From: Microcystis aeruginosa NIES-2549 | GTDB taxonomy: Bacteria; Cyanobacteriota; Cyanobacteriia; Cyanobacteriales; Microcystaceae | Length of the DNA stretch: 32,000 nt | Assembly (NCBI RefSeq): GCF_000981785.2 | Contig: NZ_CP011304.1 | Location: 3,720,001-3,752,000, forward strand | Reading direction: 5' to 3' | Part shown: positions 16,826 through 26,090 of the stretch, one piece after another | How positions within the stretch are numbered: position 1 is the stretch's first letter | How the letters are laid out: each line of letters begins with the position of its first letter | Made by a program: the position numbers and the translations under genes | The notes under the pieces: model-generated | Seen by the model: only the letters and a program-made list of their open reading frames with translations | The model's database searches: none | Told to the model about the DNA's origin: nothing

Positions 16826-18160
16826 ATGTTTAACTGGTTCCGTCGTCAGAAAGTCCAACCCGAACAAGAACAAGCACCCCCCGCACCCGTAGAGGAAACC
16901 GCCAGCGAGGCAACCAGTCAGGAAGAGTATTTAGATTGGGCCAAAAAAGCCTTTAAAAATATTCAAGAGAAAAAAGCCACGGCCGAGGCCGTCGTGAGCG
17001 AAACCCCTGAAACATCTATTGCTGAAACAGAACCTCCGCAAGAGGAAGAACCAGTTAAAGAAGAAGAAACCGAGGATAATACCCCCGCATGGCTGAAAAA
17101 ATCCGATCGCCTCGAAATTCTCAAAGAAACCGCCATCGAAACCCCCACAGAACCAGATGAGGATTTTATCTGGTCGGCCAAAGTTTTAGCCAATCAGGGA
17201 CGACAAGCAGAGGACGTTTCCGAAGAAGAAATCACCTGGTTAAAAAAATTGCGTCAGGGTTTAGGCAAAACGCGTCGCAGCTTGGTCAATCAGCTTAAGG
17301 CCGTGGTCGGTCAGGGTCCCCTCAATCAAGATGCAGTGGAGGAAATCGAAGCTTTATTGCTTCAGGCCGATGTGGGGGTAGATGCCACCGATTATATTAT
17401 CACTACCCTCCAAAATAAGCTAAAACAGGAAGCTCTGCCCCCCGAAAAAGCGATCGAATATCTCAAAGAAATTATCCGCGAGATTTTAGATGCACCTTTA
17501 GCCAATTATAGCAACCCCGGTTTTGAGCCAGAAAAAGGTAAATTAAATATCTGGATGCTCACAGGAGTTAACGGAGTCGGTAAAACGACGACTATCGGCA
17601 AATTAGCTCATTTATCTAAACAATCTGGCTATAGTTGTATAATCGCCGCTGCCGACACCTTTCGCGCTGCTGCCGTGGAACAGGTGAAAGTTTGGGGAGA
17701 GCGATCGCAAGTCGAAGTAATTGCCAACCCGGGCAAAAATACCGACCCAGCCGCCGTGGTGTACGATGGCATCGAAGCCGCTAAATCCAGGGAGGTAGAA
17801 TTACTCTTAGTGGATACGGCGGGAAGATTGCAGAATAAAAAGAACTTAATGGCAGAATTAAGCAAAATTCGCCGCATTATCGACAAAAAAGCCGAGAGTG
17901 CCGTGGTGGAATCCCTTCTAGTTCTCGATGCCACTTTAGGACAAAACGGGCTGCGACAAGCAGAAGTTTTCTCGGAAGCTGCCCAATTAAGCGGCGTGAT
18001 CCTGACTAAAATCGATGGTACAGCTAAAGGGGGTGTCGCCCTTGCCGTAGCGCGTCAGCTTAACCTCCCGATTCGCTTTGTCGGCGCCGGGGAAGGAATC
18101 GAGGATCTGCGGCCCTTTTCCAGTTACGAATTCGTGGAAGCTTTACTGAGTGGCGATTGA
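16826..18160 (+). CDS. ftsY: Signal recognition particle receptor FtsY
   Basis: An acidic N-terminal A-domain is followed by the NG domain with GVNGVGKTTTIGKLA, DTAGRLQNK and TKIDGTAKGG. Confidence 0.96.
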   Translation: MFNWFRRQKVQPEQEQAPPAPVEETASEATSQEEYLDWAKKAFKNIQEKKATAEAVVSETPETSIAETEPPQEEEPVKEEETEDNTPAWLKKSDRLEILKETAIETPTEPDEDFIWSAKVLANQGRQAEDVSEEEITWLKKLRQGLGKTRRSLVNQLKAVVGQGPLNQDAVEEIEALLLQADVGVDATDYIITTLQNKLKQEALPPEKAIEYLKEIIREILDAPLANYSNPGFEPEKGKLNIWMLTGVNGVGKTTTIGKLAHLSKQSGYSCIIAAADTFRAAAVEQVKVWGERSQVEVIANPGKNTDPAAVVYDGIEAAKSREVELLLVDTAGRLQNKKNLMAELSKIRRIIDKKAESAVVESLLVLDATLGQNGLRQAEVFSEAAQLSGVILTKIDGTAKGGVALAVARQLNLPIRFVGAGEGIEDLRPFSSYEFVEALLSGD

Positions 18161-18254
18161 TCTCACCCCGGCTATCTTTCATAATCTTTTCATGGTTGCT
18201 TCATAATTGTCTCATTTTTAGTTATGCTAGAACTGGAGACTCGGGGTAAAAACT

Positions 18255-19055
18255 ATGCAAAGGACAATTACAGTTAGTCATCTAGGAGTATATTATCGCG
18301 GCGTGGAAGCCCTACGGGATATCACCCTGAAAATTCATCCAGGACGATTAACCGGTATTATCGGTCCCAACGGCGCGGGTAAAAGTACCCTGATCAAAGC
18401 CATGCTAGGATTAATTCGCGTACAACAGGGAAGCGTTAACTATCAAGGGCAATCTCTACAGCAACAACTGGATAAAGTCGCTTATGTTCCCCAAAGATCT
18501 CAAATCGACTGGACCTATCCCGTCACCGCTTGGGATGTGGTGATGATGGGGAGAGTCAGAAAAACGGGTTGGTTTCGTCCTTTTTCCCATATTAGTCGTC
18601 AACAGGCTTTAAATGCCCTAGAACGGGTGGAAATGGCTGATTTACGCCATCGTCCCCTCGGTCAGTTGTCGGGAGGACAACAGCAAAGAGTCTTTTTAGC
18701 CAGATCTTTGGCCCAAGAAGCGGAGATTTTCTGTTTTGATGAACCTTTCGTTGGGGTAGATCAAAAAACCGAGGGGATTCTTTTTAATATCTTTGGTGAG
18801 TTAGCCCAAGAAAATAAAATTGTCCTGGTGGTTAATCATGATTTAGGCGAATCTATCACCCATTTTACTGATTTAATCCTCTTAAATAAAGAATTGATCC
18901 TCGCCGATCAACGCTCCAAGGTCTTAACTGATTTTAATCTCCGGCGTGCCTACGGGGGTAAAGTCTCCTTCTACGATGCCATGACACTACCAGATCATCC
19001 CCGATCGAGTCTCGATTATCTCGATCGCTTCTCGAAAAACAATGCGATAAACTAG
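18255..19055 (+). CDS. ABC transporter ATP-binding protein, Mn/Zn/Fe-chelate (ZnuC/MntA/TroB-like) type
   Basis: Walker A GPNGAGKST, signature LSGGQQQRVFLAR and Walker B IFCFDEPFVGVD. The YVPQRSQIDWTYPVTAWDVVMMGR segment is typical of metal-uptake ABC ATPases. Confidence 0.88.
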   Translation: MQRTITVSHLGVYYRGVEALRDITLKIHPGRLTGIIGPNGAGKSTLIKAMLGLIRVQQGSVNYQGQSLQQQLDKVAYVPQRSQIDWTYPVTAWDVVMMGRVRKTGWFRPFSHISRQQALNALERVEMADLRHRPLGQLSGGQQQRVFLARSLAQEAEIFCFDEPFVGVDQKTEGILFNIFGELAQENKIVLVVNHDLGESITHFTDLILLNKELILADQRSKVLTDFNLRRAYGGKVSFYDAMTLPDHPRSSLDYLDRFSKNNAIN

Positions 19056-19094
19056 AAGCGAAGATATTTTGGCTGACTGCCGATAGGGACACCA

Positions 19095-19511
19095 ATGACA
19101 ACTATTTCCCCGCAAGAAGTAACAGGAACGATCGAACTGGCTCCTAACTATCGAATTCCCCTGTTTTTGGTAATTTTATCGCTGCCTTTACTCTTTTTGC
19201 AGGTCTGGCTCGGAATAATTTTCTCCCTGTTGGGGCTATTCTTGATGTTCCAGACTACCCGCATTCGTCTCCAGTTTACCCCCACTTCCTTAGATGTCTA
19301 TCTGTCTGGGCAACAAATTCGCTCCTTTCCCTACCAAGAATGGCAAAATTGGCGGATTTTCTGGAATAAAGTCCCGATCCTATTTTATTTCAAAGAAATT
19401 AACAGCATTCATTTTTTGCCCATTATCTTTGACAGCGCAACCCTGAGACTGTGCCTCGAAAAATACTATCCTTTAGCAGCATCGCAAGCGATCGACTCAG
19501 AAGCGAACTAA
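19095..19511 (+). CDS. Small conserved membrane protein (possibly DUF3119; unverified)
   Basis: 138 aa with two adjacent hydrophobic helices (IPLFLVILSLPLLFLQVWLGIIFSLLGLFLMF) followed by a soluble domain. It has an ATG start and sits 39 nt after the ABC ATPase gene. Confidence 0.65.
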   Translation: MTTISPQEVTGTIELAPNYRIPLFLVILSLPLLFLQVWLGIIFSLLGLFLMFQTTRIRLQFTPTSLDVYLSGQQIRSFPYQEWQNWRIFWNKVPILFYFKEINSIHFLPIIFDSATLRLCLEKYYPLAASQAIDSEAN

Positions 19512-19592
19512 GATTGAGATAAAATTAGATTTGGCTAATAGCTTCTTAATTGCCTGCCTTGGCCCTCTGTTCGCTCTGCATTTCTAAAGCCG

Positions 19593-20876
19593 ATGAATTC
19601 AGAAGATTTTAATGTTTTACCCCTTGACAAAATGACAGACTTACCCAATGAATCTGTCGAAGAATTTAGTTTTGATGATCTCTGGAACGATCGCCAGGTA
19701 GAGAATCCCCTGCCATCGGAAACCGCCCCCGAAGGCGAATTAGTTCCCGCAGCGCAGGCGGAACCCCTACGAGCAGAAATCGAGGCTCTAGAACGGCAAA
19801 AACAGAGCCTAGCGGCAGAAATCTCGGCGTTAAAAGCGGAAAGAGAACGCTTGATCGCCGAGGAACTAGGGGATATCAAAGCTCAAATCGAAAGAATGCT
19901 CAAGGAAGGCGTAAAAGACCTAGAACAACGCAAACAGGCTTTAGAATTGGCGATCGAACAGTTAGAACGCCGTCGTGAGCGCATTCGGCAGGAAATGCGG
20001 AGTAATTTCGCCGGAGTCTCCCAGGATCTAGCCGTGCGGGTTCAGGGATTTAAAGACTATCTGGTGGGCAGTTTACAGGATTTGGCCGCGGCTGCCGAAC
20101 AGTTGGAATTACCCCGTTTTGAAACCCCCGAAAAATCCCCCCGCTCCGTGGAACCTCCCCTGCGGACCGAACGGGAGGAAACCCCGCGTCCATCCCGTGG
20201 CAGTCAAGGCCGGGATTATCGCGAAGAAAGTCCCCGTCCCCCCCGTACCAGTAACCAGGGCCGGGATAATTGGCAAGAACCCCGTCGCTCTAACCGTTCG
20301 GGTTATGAATCGGAACCGGTGGGACAATCCACCCCTAGACAGGGCTTTTCTGACCAAAATCAGCGCATACAAACTCTTTTAGACCGTTATCGCAGTCGCC
20401 CTGACTATTACGGTCCGCCTTGGCAATTACGGCGCACTTTTGAACCAATTCACGCTGAACGGGTGCAACAGTGGTTCTTTAAACAGGGGGGCCGGGGTAC
20501 GGTTCGCGGTATGGGCAGCCGTCTCCAGAATATTCTGGTGGCTTCGGCAATTATCTCGATTATGGCGGAATTACAGGGCGATCGCTTCCGTTCTCTCGTT
20601 CTGGCTAATAGTCCCGAACGTTTAGGCGAATGGCGACGCGGTCTCCAAGATTGTCTCGGCATTTCCCGCGCCGATTTTGGACCGGACCGCGGCATCGTTC
20701 TCTTTGAGTCTCCCGAAGCTTTAATTCAAAAAGCGGAACGTTTAATCGACGATAAGTATTCACCGCTCATTATCATCGATGATACCGAAGAACGGCTGAA
20801 TTTCGCTCTTTTACAATTCCCCTACTGGTTAGCTTTTGCCCCTGAACCCCAACAAACTTCTAGTTATTGGTATTAA
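19593..20876 (+). CDS. Coiled-coil protein with an R/P/S-rich linker and a conserved C-terminal domain (DUF3086-like, from memory)
   Basis: 427 aa. It has an acidic N-terminus and a long heptad-like segment (EIEALERQKQSLAAEISALKAERERLIAEE...IEQLERRRERIRQE). An Arg/Pro-rich low-complexity region follows, then a globular C-terminus (PDYYGPPWQLRRTFEP..). Confidence 0.75.
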   Translation: MNSEDFNVLPLDKMTDLPNESVEEFSFDDLWNDRQVENPLPSETAPEGELVPAAQAEPLRAEIEALERQKQSLAAEISALKAERERLIAEELGDIKAQIERMLKEGVKDLEQRKQALELAIEQLERRRERIRQEMRSNFAGVSQDLAVRVQGFKDYLVGSLQDLAAAAEQLELPRFETPEKSPRSVEPPLRTEREETPRPSRGSQGRDYREESPRPPRTSNQGRDNWQEPRRSNRSGYESEPVGQSTPRQGFSDQNQRIQTLLDRYRSRPDYYGPPWQLRRTFEPIHAERVQQWFFKQGGRGTVRGMGSRLQNILVASAIISIMAELQGDRFRSLVLANSPERLGEWRRGLQDCLGISRADFGPDRGIVLFESPEALIQKAERLIDDKYSPLIIIDDTEERLNFALLQFPYWLAFAPEPQQTSSYWY

Positions 20877-20880
20877 CTAA

Positions 20881-21966
20881 TTAGTCCTTGAGTATTGCGA
20901 TACATTGGGCTAAAGAAGCGTTAGTTTTCACCGCTTGCGGGTTAATATGGGTGGCAGCGGCTCGATAACCTTGTTCTAAGAGAGCCGCAATTAAATCTTC
21001 CCTTTTGGGTAGATCTAATTTGCCCCTTCTCCCAATTTCCCGAAAGCTATAAAAATAGGGAGGAAAATCGTTTTCTTCCCTCATTATTTCTAACAATTTG
21101 ACTACCTTTTTCCACTGCCATTGTTCGGCTAAATCTGCCATTTTTTCTAGATAAAAGCGATCGTGTAAACTGCCTAACCACAAGGGTCCGGTTAAGGTTA
21201 AAGGTTGCCCGTCCCCAGAACAAACTATCTTGCCTAACTTCGGCCAAGGCACTGATTGATATTCCCCGCAGCTATGACAATAACCGAGAAAACCGTAGTT
21301 ATGACTATTTAATTGTCTATTAGCTGTTAACCGCACCATCACCCGATAACTTTGACCAAAAAAGAAGGAAAAAATCGGCGTAATTCCTAAACCTAACCGG
21401 GCCGATTCTAATTGCAAACCGGCGATAATTAATCTTAATCCCTGTTCGTGGGCAGCCGGATGATTGCGAGCAGATGCTCCATAATCAGCTAAACTATTTT
21501 CTAGATTATGACCCGTCAGCGTTCGTCCATCGGTATTAGTCAGATAAATTAAACCACCGATTTTAGTGGCTAAAGGAATAGCACTAAACAGAGATGCAGG
21601 GGAACCAAAAGCATCAATATCAACTAGATCATAATGGTCTTTTTCAAGATAACATTCTAGGAGAACTTCTTGAGCAGATTTATAGGTTATTTTCCCTTGT
21701 TTTTGTTGTAATAAACTCTCTAAATTAGCGGCTAAAGTTGGCTTAATTTCTGGATTCCCATCATTAACCCACAGCCAATCCGCACCACTTTCTAACCAAT
21801 ACCTGAGCGCTCGCACACCAGAGCCGCTCATTACCTCTAAAACCCGCAAACTTCCCCGCTCTTTTTGGGCAATTGCCGCCCCTAAAACTCCTAAATCTCG
21901 GACGATTTTACTCTCCGGTCGATAAAAAGTATTGTTGATATTAAATATCGCTTTTTCTTCCTGCAT
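20881..21966 (-). CDS. trm1: tRNA (guanine-N2)-dimethyltransferase, Trm1 type
   Basis: 361 aa with the Trm1 N-terminus FYRPESKIVRDLGVL, the SAM-binding segment VLEVMSGSGVRALRY, DIDAFGSP and a Cys cluster (CHSCGEY...C). Confidence 0.82.
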   Translation of the reverse strand: MQEEKAIFNINNTFYRPESKIVRDLGVLGAAIAQKERGSLRVLEVMSGSGVRALRYWLESGADWLWVNDGNPEIKPTLAANLESLLQQKQGKITYKSAQEVLLECYLEKDHYDLVDIDAFGSPASLFSAIPLATKIGGLIYLTNTDGRTLTGHNLENSLADYGASARNHPAAHEQGLRLIIAGLQLESARLGLGITPIFSFFFGQSYRVMVRLTANRQLNSHNYGFLGYCHSCGEYQSVPWPKLGKIVCSGDGQPLTLTGPLWLGSLHDRFYLEKMADLAEQWQWKKVVKLLEIMREENDFPPYFYSFREIGRRGKLDLPKREDLIAALLEQGYRAAATHINPQAVKTNASLAQCIAILKD

Positions 21967-22226
21967 CGCTCATCTCATAATTAGCACTCGATCGCTACTT
22001 TTTTTCTTTCCACGATTCCCTAGGAGAGGAAAGGGTCAACCACTGCCAAAACCGATCAGACATCAAGATAGAGGATAAATCTAAAGATAGTGTGAAATTA
22101 GCAAAAATTGCCGATTTTTTTAGTATTATATCTCTGAAAAGCTGATATTTTCTCCGTGGGAAGGGCAAATTAAAGGTGAAAAAATAGTTAGGGACTTGCG
22201 TGGGAATAATATCCCAATCGATCGGA

Positions 22227-22294
22227 GGGCGCAAGCTTTGCGCCCCTACAGTAACGGATTTTGTCCACAATGTATGGGCGAACTGCGTTCGCCC
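22227..22294. repeat. Twin GC-rich hairpins (8-bp stems, 3-nt loops)
   Basis: Hairpin 1 is gggcgcaa-gct-ttgcgccc (22227-22245) and hairpin 2 is gggcgaac-tgc-gttcgccc (22276-22294). Their starts are 49 bp apart, within the 470-bp trm1-tsaE spacer. Confidence 0.6.
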
Positions 22295-22437
22295 AAAAGG
22301 TACATTATCAAAGCGCAGGTCCCTTATTTTTTACATCTTATAGCAGTTTAATCCGATTTGATGGGAGATAACCTGAAAGTAAAATGTTTCAACCTTAGAT
22401 GCGGAGAGTTACCGCTAAAGTTTGATTGCTTAAAGAG

Positions 22438-22908
22438 TCAAGTGCCGATAGCGATTCCTGTGGGGTCGCTATTTTTTTCCTCCCCACCGACAAAATTGAG
22501 CAGCGCTCGTCGTCCCTGCTCACCTCGATCGAGTAAAGTAATCTCTAGATAATTTTCCGGCAAAAAAGTTAAACGTTCTGACCATTCGATCGCCACTATC
22601 CCTAAATCCACCTCGATTCCCTGCCAATAATTTTCTAGGTACAGCGCCTCGATATCTTGACCCTGCAAACGATACAAATCCAAATGATACAAAGGAAGGC
22701 GGCCTTCGCTATATTCGTTAACGAGGGTGAAGGTAGGACTAGCTATCGGCTCTTGAATGCCCAATCCTAAGCCAATTCCCTGTACTAAGGTAGTTTTTCC
22801 CGCTCCCAAATCGCCTTTTAATAAAATTACACTGCCGGGGGCCAGGGTTTGCCCCAGTTTTTTCCCTACATTGACAGTAGCTTCTCGATCAGGCAAGTCG
22901 ATAATCAT
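22438..22908 (-). CDS. tsaE: tRNA threonylcarbamoyladenosine biosynthesis protein TsaE
   Basis: 156 aa with the P-loop GDLGAGKTTLVQGI, then SPTFTLVNEY and LYHLDLYRL, which are diagnostic of TsaE/YjeE. Confidence 0.92.
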   Translation of the reverse strand: MIIDLPDREATVNVGKKLGQTLAPGSVILLKGDLGAGKTTLVQGIGLGLGIQEPIASPTFTLVNEYSEGRLPLYHLDLYRLQGQDIEALYLENYWQGIEVDLGIVAIEWSERLTFLPENYLEITLLDRGEQGRRALLNFVGGEEKNSDPTGIAIGT

Positions 22909-23245
22909 TTTTTCCCGTTAGGATGCCAATTAACCACTGATTCTAATATAGCGATCAGAGCGGGTTTCTGCTTTTTGGCTCTGGGAGACTCAATCTGGTC
23001 TTTATGATCGAGAAAAATAGAAGCAGTTAAACTCATCTCTTATCTCTTAGTCTTGCCTTTGGTCAAATAGTCGCCATCAAGACAGAGACAAGCGATCGGC
23101 GAAACCTTCCGGTAGATTAGACTAAATGGGAGTTGGTTAACTGCTTTTATAAAATTGATTGTTCCCTAACCATCAGCATTGTCTAGGGTCGAAGGGAATA
23201 AAACAACCGAAGTTTAGGACTTTAAGCCAGAAGTTAAGGGGAACA

Positions 23246-24445
23246 GTGAAATTATTATTTTTGAGTAATGGCCACGGTGAAGATGAGATCGCGATCCGGA
23301 TTATTAAAAGACTGCAATCATCTCCCCACTGTCCGGATATTACTGCTTTACCCCTAGTGGGTAACGGTTATGCTTATACTCGTCTGGGGATTCCCCTTCT
23401 CGATCGAGGTCAAAAAATGCCCTCTGGGGGTTTTATAACTAGGGATGTCAAACAATTATGGCGAGATCTACGGGAGGGATTATTAGGATTAACCTCCCGT
23501 CAATACCGTCTGGTCAGAAATTGGGGCCAAGAAGGGGGAAAAATTGTCGCGGTGGGAGATATCTTACCCCTTGCCCTTGCTTGGTTGAGCGAGACAGATT
23601 ATGCTTTTGTGGGAACGGCTAAATCAGAATACTATCTCCGGGATGAGCAGGGATGGTTAGATAGTAGCTCGATGATCGATCGCCTCTGGGGTTCCTACTA
23701 TTATCCCTGGGAACGCTGGTTAATGGCTCATCCTCGCTGTCGGGGGGTTTTTCCCCGGGATAGTTTAACTAGCAAAATTTTACAACAGTGGTCAATTCCC
23801 GTTGTCGATGGGGGTAATCCGATGATGGATGACCTTTTACCCTCGATAACGGGCGATTTTCCCCAAGATTGCCTAAATATTCTGCTGCTACCCGGTTCGC
23901 GCTTTCCCGAATCTCTCCACAATTGGCAGAAAATTCTCGCAGCTGTGGCGGCCATGATTGGACGTTTTCCCGATTATAAGCTGGAATTTTTGGCAGCGAT
24001 CGCTCCTTCTCTCCCCCCGGAATCTTTTACGGCTGCTTTAACTTCCCAGGGTTGGCGAGAACATAGCACAAATAAGTTTATTTGTCAAGAGGTATTTATA
24101 ACTATTTCTCAAAGGGATTACGCCGAATATTTAGGCCGTTGCCATTTAGCGATCGCCATGGCGGGAACTGCCACGGAACAGTTCGTCGGTTTGGGTAAAC
24201 CGGCGATCACAATTGCGGGATCTGGACCACAGTTTACTGCTCATTTTGCCAAACTGCAACAGCGTTTATTAGGCTGTTCAATTCTCTTGGGCGATAGTGC
24301 CGAGTCAGTGGCAGACAAGTTAGAATATTTATTACAAAATCCCCCAAAGTGGCAAGAAATCGCCTTTAATGGTCGTCAGAGAATGGGGGCAGCCGGGGCC
24401 TCCGATCGCATTGCCCAATGGTTACTAGGCAATTTTTGCCCTTAA
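23246..24445 (+). CDS. Lipid-A-disaccharide synthase-related protein (cyanobacterial conserved family)
   Basis: The N-terminus LLFLSNGHGEDEIAIRII and the GT-B-like C-terminus (AMAGTATEQFVGLGKP) match the LpxB-related conserved hypothetical family as I recall it. I prefer the GTG at 23246, which has AAGGGGA upstream, over the TTG at 23159 in the track. Confidence 0.7.
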   Translation: MKLLFLSNGHGEDEIAIRIIKRLQSSPHCPDITALPLVGNGYAYTRLGIPLLDRGQKMPSGGFITRDVKQLWRDLREGLLGLTSRQYRLVRNWGQEGGKIVAVGDILPLALAWLSETDYAFVGTAKSEYYLRDEQGWLDSSSMIDRLWGSYYYPWERWLMAHPRCRGVFPRDSLTSKILQQWSIPVVDGGNPMMDDLLPSITGDFPQDCLNILLLPGSRFPESLHNWQKILAAVAAMIGRFPDYKLEFLAAIAPSLPPESFTAALTSQGWREHSTNKFICQEVFITISQRDYAEYLGRCHLAIAMAGTATEQFVGLGKPAITIAGSGPQFTAHFAKLQQRLLGCSILLGDSAESVADKLEYLLQNPPKWQEIAFNGRQRMGAAGASDRIAQWLLGNFCP

Positions 24446-26022
24446 ACGAAAGTATCGGTCTGATTTTCGCCGCTAGTGGGCCCCTCAAAAATAGTTTCTA
24501 GGGCGATTTTTTGGGCGCTTGGTTGTTGTCCGTAGCTGAAAAGATAGGGAATGTCTCCGCTTTGTTGACGAAACCACTGGAAAACGTAGGGACTACCATA
24601 AACAATCAATGCTTGAATCTGTCCGGTTTTCAGCAAAGCTTGATAAATAGCTTTCGTTTCCTCCCCTAATCCGGCACTACCCCGAAAAGGATTACCACGG
24701 ATAAATACTTGTAGGAGAGTCGTTTCTGGGGAGACGAGGGACTGATTAAAGGTGCTACGGTCGATTATTTGGGTTTGATAACCCCATTGTCGGGGAATTG
24801 TCACCGCCGGACAAGAGCGATCGAGAAAGTCACAGTTGAGCAAATCATCGATAATGATTAAATTGCGGCCTTGAGTGGCTTTAATGGGTAAATTACCGCT
24901 AACTGTTTGGGAATCTTTTAAAATATCCCTGACAATCTCTAGAGCCTGCGGTGCCGCTAAACTGCTTAAGGATTCTAAGGATGGCTGTCTTTGCCCCAAT
25001 TTCTCTTTTGCTCGTTGAATACGTTGCCAAGAATCATTAATTCTCGCTTCGCTAATTGTACCCGCTTGCACGGCACTATACACCGCTTCGATCGCTTCGA
25101 TCGGATCGGGTGGCATTAACAGTATATCGGCCCCCGCCTGTACCGCCCTCACTGCTAGGGCGGCAGCGCTGGCAATTTTGGTTACTCCTCCCATAATCAG
25201 GGCATCGGTGACGATTAAACCCTGAAAACCGAGATTTTGGCGCAGTTTTTCCCCGAGAATTTTCGAGGAAAGAGTGGCGGGAAATTCGGCATCCCAAGCG
25301 GGAATTAACAGATGGCCTGACATAATACTATCAACCCCTGACTCGATCGCTGCTTGAAAGGGCGGCAATTCGATCGCTTCTAGGCGATGATGATCGTGGT
25401 TGATGATGGGAAGATCAAGATGGGAGTCATTGCTGGTGTCACCGTGGCCGGGAAAATGTTTGGCCGTGGTCAAAACTGGATAGGAATCGGCCCCTAAAAT
25501 AAAAGCTTGAGCTAGATTAGCGACGATTTCGGGAGTTTCAGCGAAGGAACGAATATTGATAACGGGATTGTCGGGATTATTGTTCACATCGACAATTGGG
25601 GCTAAAATCCAGTTAATCCCGATCGCTAGGGCTTCCTTAGCGGTAATTGCTCCCATTTCCCTAGCATATTCTGTGGCTTTTGTCAAGCTTTTTTCGGCTA
25701 TTTTTCCTAAAGCCATCGGGGGGGGAAACCAAGTAGCGCCAGAAAACCTTTGGCCGACTCCCTCCTCGATATCGGCAGCAATGAGGAGAGGATTATCGCC
25801 GGACCAACTTTGTAATTGTTGGCTGCGGAGAGCGATTTCGGCGGCGCTGCCTCCTAAGAGAATTACCCCACCGAGGTGGAGGGTTTCTAACCAATGTTTC
25901 AGGGTGGCGTTGACGGGTTCCCAGACAGGATAGCGGATTTGTTGGTCAAAGAGATAGCCGGAAGCGCGGACTACTATCATCTGACCAATACGTTCTTTTA
26001 GGGATAAAATGCGATCGCTCAC
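24442..26022 (-). CDS. Glycoside hydrolase family 3 protein (NagZ-like beta-N-acetylhexosaminidase with a C-terminal extension)
   Basis: 526 aa with a GTG start and the GH3 N-domain motifs LSLKERIGQMIVV, KHFPGHGDTSNDSHLDLP and GLIVTDAL.MGG. Its stop overlaps the convergent upstream gene by 4 nt. Confidence 0.88.
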   Translation of the reverse strand: MSDRILSLKERIGQMIVVRASGYLFDQQIRYPVWEPVNATLKHWLETLHLGGVILLGGSAAEIALRSQQLQSWSGDNPLLIAADIEEGVGQRFSGATWFPPPMALGKIAEKSLTKATEYAREMGAITAKEALAIGINWILAPIVDVNNNPDNPVINIRSFAETPEIVANLAQAFILGADSYPVLTTAKHFPGHGDTSNDSHLDLPIINHDHHRLEAIELPPFQAAIESGVDSIMSGHLLIPAWDAEFPATLSSKILGEKLRQNLGFQGLIVTDALIMGGVTKIASAAALAVRAVQAGADILLMPPDPIEAIEAVYSAVQAGTISEARINDSWQRIQRAKEKLGQRQPSLESLSSLAAPQALEIVRDILKDSQTVSGNLPIKATQGRNLIIIDDLLNCDFLDRSCPAVTIPRQWGYQTQIIDRSTFNQSLVSPETTLLQVFIRGNPFRGSAGLGEETKAIYQALLKTGQIQALIVYGSPYVFQWFRQQSGDIPYLFSYGQQPSAQKIALETIFEGPTSGENQTDTFV

Positions 26023-26026
26023 TATT

Positions 26027-26057
26027 CAGTTATCAGTTATCAGTTATCAGTTATCAG
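26027..26057. repeat. Heptanucleotide tandem repeat (CAGTTAT) x4 plus CAG
   Basis: Perfect copies lie at 26027-26033, 26034-26040, 26041-26047 and 26048-26054, with a partial copy at 26055-26057. A degenerate gttt(t)aa doublet follows. Confidence 0.92.
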
Positions 26058-26090
26058 GTTTAAGTTTTAAGTTGCCAGTTTTGCCTAAAT

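Noticed and set aside
19535-19879. 114-aa minus-strand ORF overlapping the start of the coiled-coil protein gene
   Set aside because: It has the Ser/Ala/Arg-rich composition typical of the antisense of a Glu/Leu/Ala-rich coiled-coil frame. The + strand gene is far better supported.
20109-20382. Two 87-aa ORFs on opposite strands in the GC-rich stretch
   Set aside because: They are artefacts of the Arg/Pro-rich low-complexity coding region of the 19593..20876 gene. No stops arise in GC-rich repeats.
21995-22270. 91-aa minus-strand ORF in the trm1-tsaE spacer
   Set aside because: It has no RBS or motif, and it runs through repeat hairpins and AT-rich filler. It is more likely non-coding repeat-bearing DNA.
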